A DNA stretch of 64,000 bases from assembly GCF_963506605.1 (NCBI RefSeq), contig NC_083279.1, forward strand, positions 100,998,001 to 101,062,000, given 5' to 3'. The stretch's first letter is position 1, and each line of letters begins with the position of its first letter. A program made the translations under genes and the position numbers. This document shows, in pieces, positions 35,824 to 47,319 of the stretch. Under the pieces are notes generated by a model. It did not search any database. It was not told the DNA's origin and saw only the letters and a list, made by a program, of their open reading frames with translations. Origin of the DNA: Zootoca vivipara (Eukaryota).

Positions 35824-36765
35824 ATGTTCTACATCAACGAGACAGTCAGTACTCCTGCTTTCCTCCTCACGGGCTTTCCTGGGCTAGAGAAACACCACAC
35901 CTGGATTTCCATCCCCATCTGCTCCATGTACCTCACAGCCATCGCAGGAAACTGCACCATCCTCTTCATCATCAAGACGGACCAAACCCTCCATGAGCCC
36001 ATGTACTATTTCCTCTCAATGCTGGCCATGACAGACCTGGGACTATCCTGTGTCACTCTGCCCACCATGCTGAGAGTCCTGTGGTTCAACCACCGCACAA
36101 TTGGTTTCAACACCTGCCTGGTCCAGATGTACTTCATCCATACTTTCTCTATTCTTGAGTCAGGCATTCTAATCTCCATGGCCTTTGATCGTCTGGTGGC
36201 CATCCGGAACCCTCTGAGATATACATCTATCTTGACCAACAGAAACATCATCAAGATAGGGGTGGGGGTTGCCCTTCGGGCCACCCTTCTTGTGTTCCCA
36301 GCCTCCTTCCTCCTGAAGAGGCTGCAGTATGGAAAAGAAAATGTGCTCTCTTATTCATTCTGCTTGCACCAGGATATTCTGAAGGTGGTACGTTCCGACA
36401 GGAAAGTCAGCAGCATCTATGGCTTGATGGTGGTGATCTCCTCCATGGTTCTTGACTCTGTGTTGCTGGTTTTTTCCTATATCATGATCCTCAAAACTGT
36501 GCTAAGCATTGCCTCCAAGCAAGAGCGCTTTCGGGCCTTGAACACTTGCATCTCTCACATCTGTGCTGTCCTCACTTTCTATATCCCAATGATTGGCCTC
36601 TCTATGATCCATCGCTATGGGAAAAATGCCCCACCCATTGTTCACATCCTCATGGCCAATGTGTACCTTCTGGTGCCGCCACTGATGAATCCCACTGTGT
36701 ACAGTGTAAAAACCAAACAAATTCGAACAAGGATAGTTAAACTGTTTCAGAAGGGCAAAAGTTAA
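35824..36765 (+). CDS. Class I olfactory receptor, OR51-like (313 aa)
   Basis: LHEPMY, MAFDRLVAIRNPLRY, FCLHQD, RALNTCISH, HRYG, PPLMNP; acceptor TTTTTCTAATTCAG ending 35785. Confidence 0.95.
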   Translation: MFYINETVSTPAFLLTGFPGLEKHHTWISIPICSMYLTAIAGNCTILFIIKTDQTLHEPMYYFLSMLAMTDLGLSCVTLPTMLRVLWFNHRTIGFNTCLVQMYFIHTFSILESGILISMAFDRLVAIRNPLRYTSILTNRNIIKIGVGVALRATLLVFPASFLLKRLQYGKENVLSYSFCLHQDILKVVRSDRKVSSIYGLMVVISSMVLDSVLLVFSYIMILKTVLSIASKQERFRALNTCISHICAVLTFYIPMIGLSMIHRYGKNAPPIVHILMANVYLLVPPLMNPTVYSVKTKQIRTRIVKLFQKGKS

Positions 36766-36980
36766 CTGAAGTATCTTAGAAAAAACATTCAACACATTTA
36801 TGTGTAGGAGGCTGTGTTGTTCCCAAGTCTGGATTTTGAAACTGATGTCCTTAATTTGCCCTGGTGAAGTGAGAGGCTTGTGGCCTGATTATGACCGAAG
36901 GGTGAAATCAGTTTTAAGAACGTATATAAAATTAATCAGCAAAAAACCCATTAAATTTATTGCAGTCTATGAAATATGTG

Positions 36981-37280
36981 AGGACGCGGGTGGCGCTGTG
37001 GTCTAAACCACAGAGACTAGGGCTTGCTGACCAGAAAGTCAGCGGTTCAAATCCCCACAATGGGGTGAGCTCCAATTGTTCGGTCCCAGCTCCTGCCCAT
37101 CTAGCAGTTTGAAAGCACATCAAAGTGCAAGTAGATAAATAGGTGAACTGTGTTTCCATGCGCTGCTCTTGTTCACCAGAAGCCACTTAGTCATGCTAGC
37201 CACATGACCTGGAAGCTGTCTGCAGACAAATACCAGCTCCCTCGGCCTATAGAGCGAGATGAGCATGCAACCCCAGAGTT
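36981..37280 (+). mobile_element. Sauria SINE, 3'-incomplete
   Basis: GGACGCGGGTGGCGCTGTGG head, GGTTCAAATCC B box. Confidence 0.88.
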
Positions 37281-39563
37281 GTATAAAGTGGTATAGAAAT
37301 GAAGTGGTATAGAAAGTGGTATAGAAATGAAATTAATAATAATAATAATAATAAATATTTATTATTTATTCTTCCTCTTACTCACTTGTGTTAGTTTAAC
37401 ATCTAGTTAGCATCACTTTGCAGCATGAAATGTGGAAACTTCTGAGACAAGGTTGCTTATCCTTATTACGTTATTAATTATCTAGGATGCTTTTTCCTTC
37501 TAAACAAAATAATCACACAGAAGTCTGTAATGCATTAATAAAAATATTGTTTAGTTACATAAAGCTTCAGTCTTGATTCTATTCATCAAAATACAACTGA
37601 AAATAAATAAAATTTAAAGCATTTAAAAAAACTGTTAAAAACATCAGAACACAATATCTAAAACAATCTAAGAGCAGGTGTCACCAAATCATGTGAGGAA
37701 TTCAACGTTGAATGTTCTACCAGTGCAAACATTTCACCTTGACTAACAGAGCAACCCGCCTCTCCTTCCCACACATGCTATTCTGGTGCTTTTGCTGGGC
37801 CCCCAGAGCCAACTTCAGGGGTCACAGGAGGTGTGCAGGTGTGGAAGCCACAATGGCTATGCTCTGCCTCCACAGCTGGAGGCAGGAATGCTTCCAAATA
37901 CCAGTTCCTGGAGACCACAAGAGGGGAGAGGGTTCTTGCACAAAGGCACTGCTTGTGGGCTTCCCCTTGAGGCACCTGGCTGGGCACTGTGAGAAGAGGA
38001 TACTGGACTAGATGGGAGGATTCATTAGTTTTATCCTACCCAAAGTGTCTGGATATACCTACTGAAAGAAAAACATTTTAAGCAGGCATCTCAGAGTACA
38101 GTGATGGTGCCTGCCTAATGTCACACAAGCTGCCTTGAGCCAGTGTGTTAGTGTACGACAGGCACGTCCAGCAGGCAGATCGTCTGTGGTAGATCAGTGG
38201 TTCCCCACAAAGAAGCTCAACAACTTAGGCCTTCCTATAAAAGCTCAACAACTTAGACCTGAACCCCCTTGGGAGTTGGCACCCCAACTAGATGCACAAC
38301 CCATATGGGAGATGGGCACCTGGCTGCATTTTCTCTCTCTTTTGTACTTGAGCTTCCCACCAGTGAAGATGGCAGTAATCACCCAGAATGTGCCCATAAT
38401 CAGCACCAGTTCCCAGGAGAGGGAGCAGGTCTCCCAAAAGAGATTCGCAAGCATCCACTTAAACCTTCTCTGGTTATCTCAGCAAACACAATGACATTGT
38501 GCAAACAAGACCGGTATTTTCATTGTACACAGCCGAACAAACCTCTTAAGACTTTCATAGGGGTAAGTTTTGCTAATTTTCATTTAGCTTCCTTCATGGA
38601 AAATTCATTCCCTCCTCCCAAAAATATTCTGATTCTAGCTGTTTTCAACTGAATGGGCTGTTATTTTTCCTTGCTTAGGGTACCCATTTCTTTATTCAAC
38701 TTGTAGCTCAGGGAAAGCTGTGATTCAAACCTCGCATGGTGCTGGACTATGCAGTTCTATGATTTGAGGAAGTGGGGGTTGGGGCAGCGGTTGTTGCTTT
38801 CATGCCTGCTTGTGGACTTTCCTTTGTGGACTTTGTGGGAAAGAGGGTTCTGGACTAAGTGGGCTTGCTTTGGTCTTCTCTAGCAAAGCTCTCCTTCTTA
38901 AAAAAAAGAGCCCTGAATGACAGAGAACAAGGGTGTGCAAACAGCACAGGCATCACAGATCCTGCTGGAGAGCACGTTCTTGTTTTCGGCTACATTTTCC
39001 TTCTATATCCCAGTCCTAACAGAATGGAGTTTTAATAGGACTCCAGTGCAAGAAAGACAAATGGTTGCCAACAGAGGAAGAGCAGAACCTAGTAAAAAGC
39101 ATATGTGGTGTATGGTGACCATGTTCTCCAAGCCCAAATGCTTTTCTTTAGCAAAAGATGCAACCTTGGTGCATTAATCCCTCTCTCTCTTGTTCCAACT
39201 GGCATGGGGGAAAATGGGACAGGGCTCAAACTGAGAGCTGCTGCTGTTAATTTTATGGTTTTATCTTTTTTGTAAATGGTTTCGAGTTTTTTCCTACAAT
39301 CGTGTGAGATAGAAATTGTAGGAAATAAATAAATAAAATAAAATCTATTGCTCTGCCAGGCTCCATCAAGCTGCTCCCTCTTACAGTGAAAGTCACACGA
39401 TATCCAAGGACAAAATATGACCAATCTTCATTTCATTAAAAACTCGCAGAGTAGCAGAAGCCTAATAAACTTGACAACTGGATCAGCAGGAATATGGCAA
39501 AGTTGAACAGAGATGCTCTGATGCCAGAGGCTGGAGGCAGAAACAAAGAGTCCACTGTGTGCC

Positions 39564-40541
39564 ATGTTGCCGGTCAATGGCAGTGGTGCCCAGCAGCATC
39601 CTGCATTCTTCCTCCTGGTGGGCATACCAGGCTTGGAGTGGGCGCAGGCTTGGATTGCCATCCCTTTGTGCATCATGTATGTCATTGCAGTCCTGGGAAA
39701 CAGCATCATTCTCTACGTGATCAAGACTGAGCCCAGACTGCAGGAGCCTATGTACCTTTTCCTGGCCATGCTGGCCATCACCGACCTGGTTCTTTCCACC
39801 TCCACTGTGCCCCAAATGCTGGCTGTTTTCTGGCTCAGTGCTGGGGCCATTGACTTCCATGCCTGCCTGGCCCAGATGTTTTTCATCCATGCCTTCTCGT
39901 CTGTCGAGTCGGGAGTGCTCATGGCCATGGCTCTCGACCGCTATGTGGCCATTTGCTACCCGCTCCAGCATTCGGCCATCCTCTCCTTGCAAGCCATAGG
40001 AACCCTGGGCAGCCTCGTTCTTCTGCGTGCAGTTCTCCTCATCAGCCCCTTTGCCTTCCTGGCTCACAGGCTTCCCTACTGTGGCCACCAATTCATTTCC
40101 CACTCCTACTGTGAGCACATGGCTGTGGTGAAGCTGGCTTGTGGGAATATCCAGGCCAACGTTGTTTATGGCCTCTTTGTGGCTTTTGTGGTAGTTGGAT
40201 TCGATATCTTCATCATTGCTATGTCCTATGTCATGATCCTCAAGACCGTATTGAGACTCCCATCCCATGAGGCTTGTCTGAAAGCCTTTGGGACCTGTGC
40301 ATCCCATATCTGTGTTATTCTTTCTTTCTATATTCCAGCTCTCTTCACTTTCCTCACTCACCGGTTTGGCCACAATGTCCCCCACCACATCCACATTATA
40401 GTGGCTATACTCTACCTTCTGGTGCCCCCCGCTTTGAATCCTGTTATATATGGGGTGAAAACCAAGATGATCAGGGAGAGGATTCTCACTATATTCCTTA
40501 TTTCAGGCAGGCAAAGGACAACTTTCGGGGAGGGTACATAG
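39564..40541 (+). CDS. Class I olfactory receptor, OR52-like (325 aa)
   Basis: LVGIPGLE, MALDRYVAICYPL, OR52 signature HSYCEHMAVVKLAC, KAFGTCASH, THRFG, PPALNPVIYGVKTK. Confidence 0.95.
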   Translation: MLPVNGSGAQQHPAFFLLVGIPGLEWAQAWIAIPLCIMYVIAVLGNSIILYVIKTEPRLQEPMYLFLAMLAITDLVLSTSTVPQMLAVFWLSAGAIDFHACLAQMFFIHAFSSVESGVLMAMALDRYVAICYPLQHSAILSLQAIGTLGSLVLLRAVLLISPFAFLAHRLPYCGHQFISHSYCEHMAVVKLACGNIQANVVYGLFVAFVVVGFDIFIIAMSYVMILKTVLRLPSHEACLKAFGTCASHICVILSFYIPALFTFLTHRFGHNVPHHIHIIVAILYLLVPPALNPVIYGVKTKMIRERILTIFLISGRQRTTFGEGT

Positions 40542-41152
40542 CTCAATGGTGGCTCACAGGGTTTGGGTGGAGAACACCTTAAGTTCAATCCCAAGCATCT
40601 CCAGTTAAAACCATCTCTGGTATAAGGACTAGGAATTATATTTGTCTGGTCCTTTGGAACATCCAATGAAGCTGAATGTTGGAAGATTCAGGAGAGATAA
40701 AAAGGGCTTCTTCATGCAGTGCAGTCAAATTATGGAACTCCCTCCATCAGGAGGCTGTGACGGCCACCAACTTTGATAGCCTTAAAAGAGAATTCATGGA
40801 GGAGAGGGCAGTCAAAGGCTACTAGCATAAAGGTAACCGAAGACGCATTGGTTAATATGGTGTTAAAGATAAAGATTATAAGGAAGCCAGAAGACTGAGG
40901 TTAGATACGAGGATCTTCCATAATAGTCAAACAGTAAATAAGATAGGGAAAGAATTATTAGACATATGGAAGATTAATGAGAAGGTGCAAAGTACTCAAG
41001 CAATAATATGGGATACAATGAAAGCAGTGATGAGGGGAATTAGTATTAGGGAATCCAGTAAATTGGGGGGTACAAGAGATGAAAGCATTAGAGGAAGAAA
41101 TTAGGAGACTGGAAAATCAATATATTAATGGTAAAGATAAAAGCAGTTATGC

Positions 41153-41153
<1 letters not shown>

Positions 41154-41190
<37 letters not shown>
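41154..41190. repeat. (AAT)n microsatellite
   Basis: Read directly. Confidence 0.95.
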
Positions 41191-41520
41191 TATACCCTGC
41201 CCATTTGGCTAAAGGTAAAAAGGAGAGAATGGAAAATAAAGATATGGAAGTAGTGCAGAGAGATTTGCTATATGTTCACATGTGGTGGGCATGTAAATAT
41301 GTACAATTTTTGGCAAAGGGTGTTTAAGGAGATAACAGAAATCACTGGGTTAAAGCTGGCTGAAAGCCCAGAGGTAGCATTATTATCAATTTATGATGGG
41401 GTGGAAGGTTTGAAGGTTATGAAGGTCTTGCTCACAAATTTATTGACAGCTACAGGAGTTATTATAGCAAGGAAGTGGAAGGGGCAAGGTGAATATAAAA
41501 TGGAAGAATGATACAAAGAG

Positions 41521-41717
41521 CATAACTGTCAACCTTCCCTTTTTTTGCTGGAAATTCCCTTGTTCCATCGCCGTTTCCCACTGCTATCCTGGATTGTTAT
41601 ACTGTAGACTGTCCCCGGGACAGGTGAGGCTGCTGCTTATCCCTGATTTTCAGATCCGAAAGTGGACAGGTGAAGCTGCTGATCCCTTATTATCAAATCC
41701 AAAAGTTGACAGCTATG
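41521..41717. mobile_element. 197-bp hAT-type MITE inside an L1 fragment
   Basis: TIR CATA(A/G)CTGTCAAC; 8-bp TSD ACAAAGAG. Confidence 0.85.
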
Positions 41718-41770
41718 ACAAAGAGGTGTGGGATATAGCTATCCATAATAAACTAACATGTGCTATTAAG

Positions 41771-41853
41771 AGGGGGGCGCAGGTGGCACTGTGGTCTAAA
41801 CCACAGAGCCTAGGGCTTGCCGATCGGAAGGTCAGCGGTTCGAATCCCTGCCC
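41771..41853 (+). mobile_element. Sauria SINE head fragment
   Basis: A and B box region only. Confidence 0.75.
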
Positions 41854-41994
41854 CAGGTAGGTGTATGCTTTCAATTTCAACCTTCCCACCTGTGACAAGA
41901 GTAGCCCAAGTGAAGGGCCCCGCTCCTCTCCTTTAAAGGGACAGCAAAAGGGGTGTGTTGGGATGTCTTTGCTTATTCCTAACCATGTATCCTA

Positions 41995-42363
41995 GGGATG
42001 TGGGTGGCACTGTGGTCTAAACCACTGTGCCACTTGGGTTTGCCAATCGGAAGGTCGGCGGTTTGAGGCCCCGCAACGGGGGTGAGCTCCCGTTGTTCGG
42101 TCCCAGCTCCTGCCAACCTAGCAGTTCGAAAGCACGCAGTGCAAGTGGATAAATAGGTACGGCTCCAGCGGGAAGGAAATGGCGTTTCCGTGTGCTGCTG
42201 TGGCTTCGCCAGAAGCGGCTTAGTCATGCTGGCCAAATGACTCAGAAAAACTGTCTGCAGAAGCGGACAAACGCCGGCTCCCTCAGCCTGTAAAGCGAGA
42301 TGAGCACCACAAGCCCAGAGTCGTTCGTGACTGGACTTAAATGTCAGGGGTCCCTTTACCTTT
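41995..42363 (+). mobile_element. Full-length Sauria SINE
   Basis: tRNA-like head GGGATGTGGGTGGCACTGTGG, tail CCCTTTACCTTT; TSD TAACCATGTATCCTA at 41980-41994 and 42363-42377. Confidence 0.92.
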
Positions 42364-44092
42364 AACCATGTATCCTAGTTGCTGCTGGTGCACCCTTCCA
42401 ACTGTGTAGCCTGTACTTTGAGATGATGCCGAGACCACCTGCTCATTCCATTAATAAATCTTTGGGATTTCCTGAGTTGAGAGCCTGAGTCTTTCATCCG
42501 AAGGTGAGAACCAGCAGAGCTGTGAGTGTATGATGAAACCCTGAGAGGAAGCCATAAAGAGAGAAAACAGCCTAAACTACTGATCCAGAGGGAAATCTTG
42601 TGCTTTCAGAACCACTGGGGCCATCTGCACACAGTGCGGCACTGAAGGAAGCTGCATAAATGCTCCTCTCTACTCTTAGAGTATAGAAGGACATAAGAAG
42701 AGTCTGCTGTGTCAGACAATGTCTAGCATCCTGCTTCCCACAGGGAACAGCTAAGGGGTTGGACACACAAAGGCCGATGGTTCCTCCTCCTGCTGTTGCC
42801 CCCATGAAGTTACCATGTTTGTTTCAAGCGCCTGTTACTCAGCACCAGAAGTGAGTATCACCACTAGGTTACTCTGGCTGACACCTAGGACCTTCACTTG
42901 CTTTTGAGCACTGCACAGAGCCCCATAATTTGGTTCTGTACTGGATTTTGTTAGGCTGTGGCTTAGTGCAGGGCTAAAAGAACGCCAGATCTTGATGGTC
43001 TGAGGTCTTTCTTTCTAGAGGGTAAAAAGATCATTTGGGTACTTTTTTATTATTACCAGGAAATTGGAAGGGGTGGGTGAGAGACCTCCAGCACCACCAC
43101 TATGAGTTGGACCTAAGGGAGTCAAGATTAGGCAATTGTGGGGTGTTCCAAGGACTCCCTATTACATTGCTAAGTGGAAAGTGGCTTACAAACACTATCT
43201 GAGTAAGTGAAAGAAAATCTAAAGTACAAAGCAATGCCAGTGACCCTATTAGTTTAATGCAATAACAATACAGACCCCAGCCAGGAGGATGTGCGTTGGT
43301 TTTTTTAAAAGCACTGGAGGATATTGGACACACACTCAATGTTTTACTTTCTCTGTACTTTCTGTAAGCTGGTTTTTAGTAAATAACAGTTTCAGAAAAT
43401 GACAAATGTTTTTTTTAATTACATTATCAAAAATTGTATGCCCATTGACTCAGTGTATATGTGTGTGCGTGCATAAGAAAGTAAGTAAATAAAATATGCC
43501 TTTTAAAAATACCATATACCAGCAGCATGTGCAGGAAGTTCTAGGAGAGGTTGATTTTAGAATAAAGATAATGCACTCGTTGAACCAATTTACTGGAGTA
43601 CTGACCATGATGGCCAGAAAATACTGCTCCCCCCAAAAAAAAGAGAACCCAACAAACAGCATCTGAGAGAACAATGTCATTCTGTTAGGATATTTCCGGA
43701 ATTAGGTGCAAGGAAACATATACATATATAAAGTTCTAGTAGGTAATGCAAGAACATCCTGTTTTCACAGTGGCCAAACAGATGCCTGTGGGAAACCCAT
43801 AAGCAGGACTCAGACACAAGAGCCCTCTCCCCTCCTGCAGTTTCTAGCAACCGGCATTCAGAAGCGCTGCTGCCTCCAACTGCAGTGATACAATGTTTTA
43901 TTCTATGTCTTTGCCGCGGGATCACATTCACCCAGTGCTATACCAGCTGCACTGGCTCCCAGTGGAGTATAGGGTCAGGTTTAAGGTGCTGGTTTTAACC
44001 TTTAAAGCCTTATACGGCCTAGGACCCTTGTACCTACAGGACCGCCTCTCCTGGTATGTCCCATGGAGGACCTTACAGTCTGCAAATAACAA

Positions 44093-44341
44093 AATAAAAA
44101 AATTCCTTCAGTAGCACCTTAAAGACCAACTAAGTTTTTATTTTGGTATGAGCTTTCGTCAGATACTCTGCTCAGATGAAGGGTGGTATATAAATGTAAT
44201 TAAAACAAAAAGAGTATCTGACGAAGTGTGCATGCACACGAAAGCTCATACCAAAATAAAAACTTAGCTGGTCTTTAAGGTGCTACTGAAGGAATTTTTT
44301 TATTTTGCTTCGACTCAGACCAACACGGCTACCTACCTGTA
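44093..44341. mobile_element. Penelope-like fold-back insertion inside an L2 fragment
   Basis: Inverted arms, right arm with about 35-nt tail ending ACCTACCTGTA; 14-bp TSD TCTGCAAATAACAA at 44079-44092 and 44342-44355. Confidence 0.82.
44214..44251 (+). ncRNA. Minimal type I hammerhead ribozyme (Penelope-like element), intact core
   Basis: GTAT-CTGACGA-A-GTGTGCATGCACAC-GAAA-GCTC-ATAC: helix I GTAT/ATAC, CUGANGA and GAAA boxes, palindromic helix II, AGCT helix III. Confidence 0.8.
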
Positions 44342-45389
44342 TCTGCAAATAACAACACCCTGAAGATTCCAGGCCCCAGGGAGATTAGACTGGCCTCGTC
44401 CAGAGTCAGGGCCTTTTCAGACGTGGCCCTGGCCTGGCAGAACGCTCTCTCACAAGAGACCAGGGCCCTGCAAGATTTGGCATCCTTCCGCAGGGCCTGC
44501 AAGACGGAGCTGTTCCACCAAGCCTTTGGTCAGGGTTCAGTCGGACTCATTTTCTCTTTGTATAAGAACAAGCATGAAGGAGGTTTCCCAGCTCGCTCAC
44601 AGGTCCTTATAATATCAGTGGAAACAGTTGGTCCTGGCAAGTATTAACTGCTTTCAATTTTATCCTGAGGATTGTTATTTGTCCAGTTTTAACTTTAACT
44701 TTAATTTATTAGTATTAATTTTGGGATGCATTTTAATCAACTGATTGCTTGTTTTTATGCACATTGTATTACTGGGTATTTATATGATGTTAGCCACTCT
44801 GAGCCCAGCTCCAGCCGGGGAGGGTGGGGTACAAATAAATAAATACATGACAAGGGTTGGGGGTTGTTGAGGTGGGAAGAAAATGTCGATAATAGAGAAG
44901 TGGCTCAGCAGCATCTAACAATGTTTATCTCCCCGCTTTCTTCCATGCAACTCAAGGCTGTGTCTGTAGGAATACCCACTCCACTCGATATGAGAATAGG
45001 GGAGACACTTGCCCAGCACACATCGCTGCCCTTCACTGCACCAAATGTCAATTATGATAGATGTGCTTCAGCCCCACTGGAACCAATGTGGAAAGTTTAG
45101 CACATGACTTAAGTCCAATTTGATTTCAGTGGCAGCTAAACACAATTCACCGGGTGTAACCCACACTATCGAGATTTCTCTAAGAGAGCAATTTTTTCCA
45201 TGCATTATTTTCAAGTAAGCACAACTGTTTACCATATTATGTATTTTTGTGTTTTTATATTGTAAACTGCCCTGTGATCCTCAGATGAAGGGTGGTATAT
45301 AAATGTAATTAAAACAAAAATAAAAATGGAATTCAATAGGGTTTACTGCCACATAAAAAAGCAGGGGCTTGGCCTGCTAGAATGAAATA

Positions 45390-45760
45390 TAGAATGATAG
45401 AATTGCAGGGTTGGGTGGTAACCCAAGGGTCATCTAGTCCACCCCCTTGCAAAGCAGAATCAAAGGCCAAAATATCCCTGACAGATGGCCATCCAATCTC
45501 TCTTTAAAAACACCCAGTACAGGAGAGTCCACCACCTTCCAAAAGAGTCCATTCCACTGCTGAACAGCTCTTTCAAAAAGCTCTTTGTAATGTCCTATCC
45601 ACCAGAGCAGCAGAAAACCAGCTTGGTCCATCATCCATGAGATGGCCTTTTAGATATTTGAAGATGATCATCATATCACCTCTCAGTCTTGTCTTCTTCA
45701 GGCTAAGCATCCCCAACTCCCTCAACTGTTCCTTATAAGGCTTGGTTTCTAGACCCTTGT
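45390..45760 (-). mobile_element. CR1 3' fragment (older)
   Basis: RAVQQWNGL...VFKERLDGHLSGI peptide on -. Confidence 0.75.
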
Positions 45761-45958
45761 AATGCCTAGCTTTCCCAAAGTCTACACCTAAGGGAATCCC
45801 TAATATATGCTATTCATGCTGACACCTTTAAAGTTAATTAGCAGGGGGATGCCTTTGTTGTTGAAGAGGCACAAAGTACACATGCTGTCTCAATTTGTGG
45901 CTCTTCCCTCCACTGCAGCCAGCAAGACTACAGTATCCATGTGCCATGCCTCCCATGA

Positions 45959-46912
45959 ATGATGTATGTGTTTAACGGGAGTCATGCCACCCCCTACTCT
46001 TTTATCCTGCTGGGTATCCCTGGTCTGGAAGCGTCCTACTACTGGCTCTCCATCCCTCTTTCTTCAATGTATGTCATCACATTGCTAGGAAACTGCACCA
46101 TACTGTATACAATCAAAACAGAGCAGAGCCTCCACAAGCCCATGTACATCTTCCTCTGCATGCTCGCCGGCATAGACCTGGTGCTCTCCACCTCCACCCT
46201 GCCCAAGATGCTCTGCATTGTCTGGTTCCGAGCTGGGGAAATAGACTTTGGTGCCTGCATGGTCCAGATGTTCTTCATCCACTCCTTCTCCATCATGGAG
46301 TCGACAGTGCTTGTAGCAATGGCCTTTGACCGTTACGTAGCTATTTGCAATCCTTTGAGATATGACTCCATCCTAACCAACCCATTGCTGGCCAAGATTG
46401 GAGCAGGGGTCATCCTGAGAGGCACAGTCTTTATCATCCCAATCATCATCTTGGCAGCCCGTCTTCCATACTGCAAGACCAACGTCATCCCCCACACATA
46501 CTGTGAGCACATGGCTGTGGTGAAGCTGGCCTGCTCAAGCATCCTTGCCAATGTTGTCTATGGGCTTCTGGTGGCTCTCCTTGTGGTGGGGGTGGATTTG
46601 CTGTTCATCACTTTGTCCTACTGCATGATTGCCAGGGCTGTCATGGCTCTGCCATCAAAAGACGCCCGCTATAAGGCTTTCAGCACCTGCGCAGCTCACG
46701 TGGTAGTGATCCTGGTCTCCTACACCCCAGCTCTTTTCACCATCTTAACACACAGGTTTGGCCATCATGTGCAGCCTCATGTTCACATCCTTCTGGCCAA
46801 CTTCTACCTCCTTTTCCCACCCATGCTGAACCCCATTGTGTATGGTGTGAAGACCAAGGAGATCCGTGAGCGAGTGACCCACATAGTTCTCAGGAGGAAG
46901 CGACCTACATAA
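45959..46912 (+). CDS. Class I olfactory receptor, OR52-like (317 aa)
   Basis: LHKPMY, MAFDRYVAICNPLRY, HTYCEHMAVVKLAC, KAFSTCAAH, THRFG, PPMLNPIVYGVKTKEIR; acceptor CTCTTCCCTCCACTGCAG ending 45918. Confidence 0.95.
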   Translation: MMYVFNGSHATPYSFILLGIPGLEASYYWLSIPLSSMYVITLLGNCTILYTIKTEQSLHKPMYIFLCMLAGIDLVLSTSTLPKMLCIVWFRAGEIDFGACMVQMFFIHSFSIMESTVLVAMAFDRYVAICNPLRYDSILTNPLLAKIGAGVILRGTVFIIPIIILAARLPYCKTNVIPHTYCEHMAVVKLACSSILANVVYGLLVALLVVGVDLLFITLSYCMIARAVMALPSKDARYKAFSTCAAHVVVILVSYTPALFTILTHRFGHHVQPHVHILLANFYLLFPPMLNPIVYGVKTKEIRERVTHIVLRRKRPT

Positions 46913-47319
46913 CAACACTCTCTCAATAAGGGCTTGCAGTGTTGAATGCAACATCTAGAAGGCCGGAGGCAATAAAGAAATATTAAAAAGTAGTAAGGCT
47001 GTAAGCACTTAAAAAAAAAATCCCAGGTTTTTTCATCTTAATGGGTGGCAGTCATCTTTTCATCTTTTAAAAATGTGTTTGCAATTGTTTTACATGAATT
47101 GTAAGCCCCTTATATGGTTTTGTTATATTACAAGTTTTCTGTAACTTTTTTGTGATACAGTAAATAAATATTTGTTGTATGTAGACAGCACAGAAATCCC
47201 TGTACCCGGAACCCTATTGTACCTGACATAATTCCCTTTCATGGTCACAAGGATCTCCAGAGCACAAGACTCTTAAAATGAGAGGGAGCCTGAGACAGGC
47301 GGATGCCAAAAACAACACT

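Larger units (their letters stand above)
40830..41770 (+). mobile_element. Degenerate L1-clade ORF2 fragments
   Basis: A-rich strand; peptides IWDTMKAVMRG and FWQRVFKEITEITG...IIARKWK. Confidence 0.7.
43905..44845 (+). mobile_element. L2 LINE 3' end
   Basis: DHIHPVLYQLHWLPVEYRVRFKVLVLTFKALYGLGP and FRRACKTELFHQAF peptides; AATAAATAAA tail. Confidence 0.82.

Noticed and set aside
39483-40394. 303-aa ORF on - (and a 211-aa ORF at 27997-28632)
   Set aside because: Antisense shadow frames of OR coding sequences; no recognisable domain.
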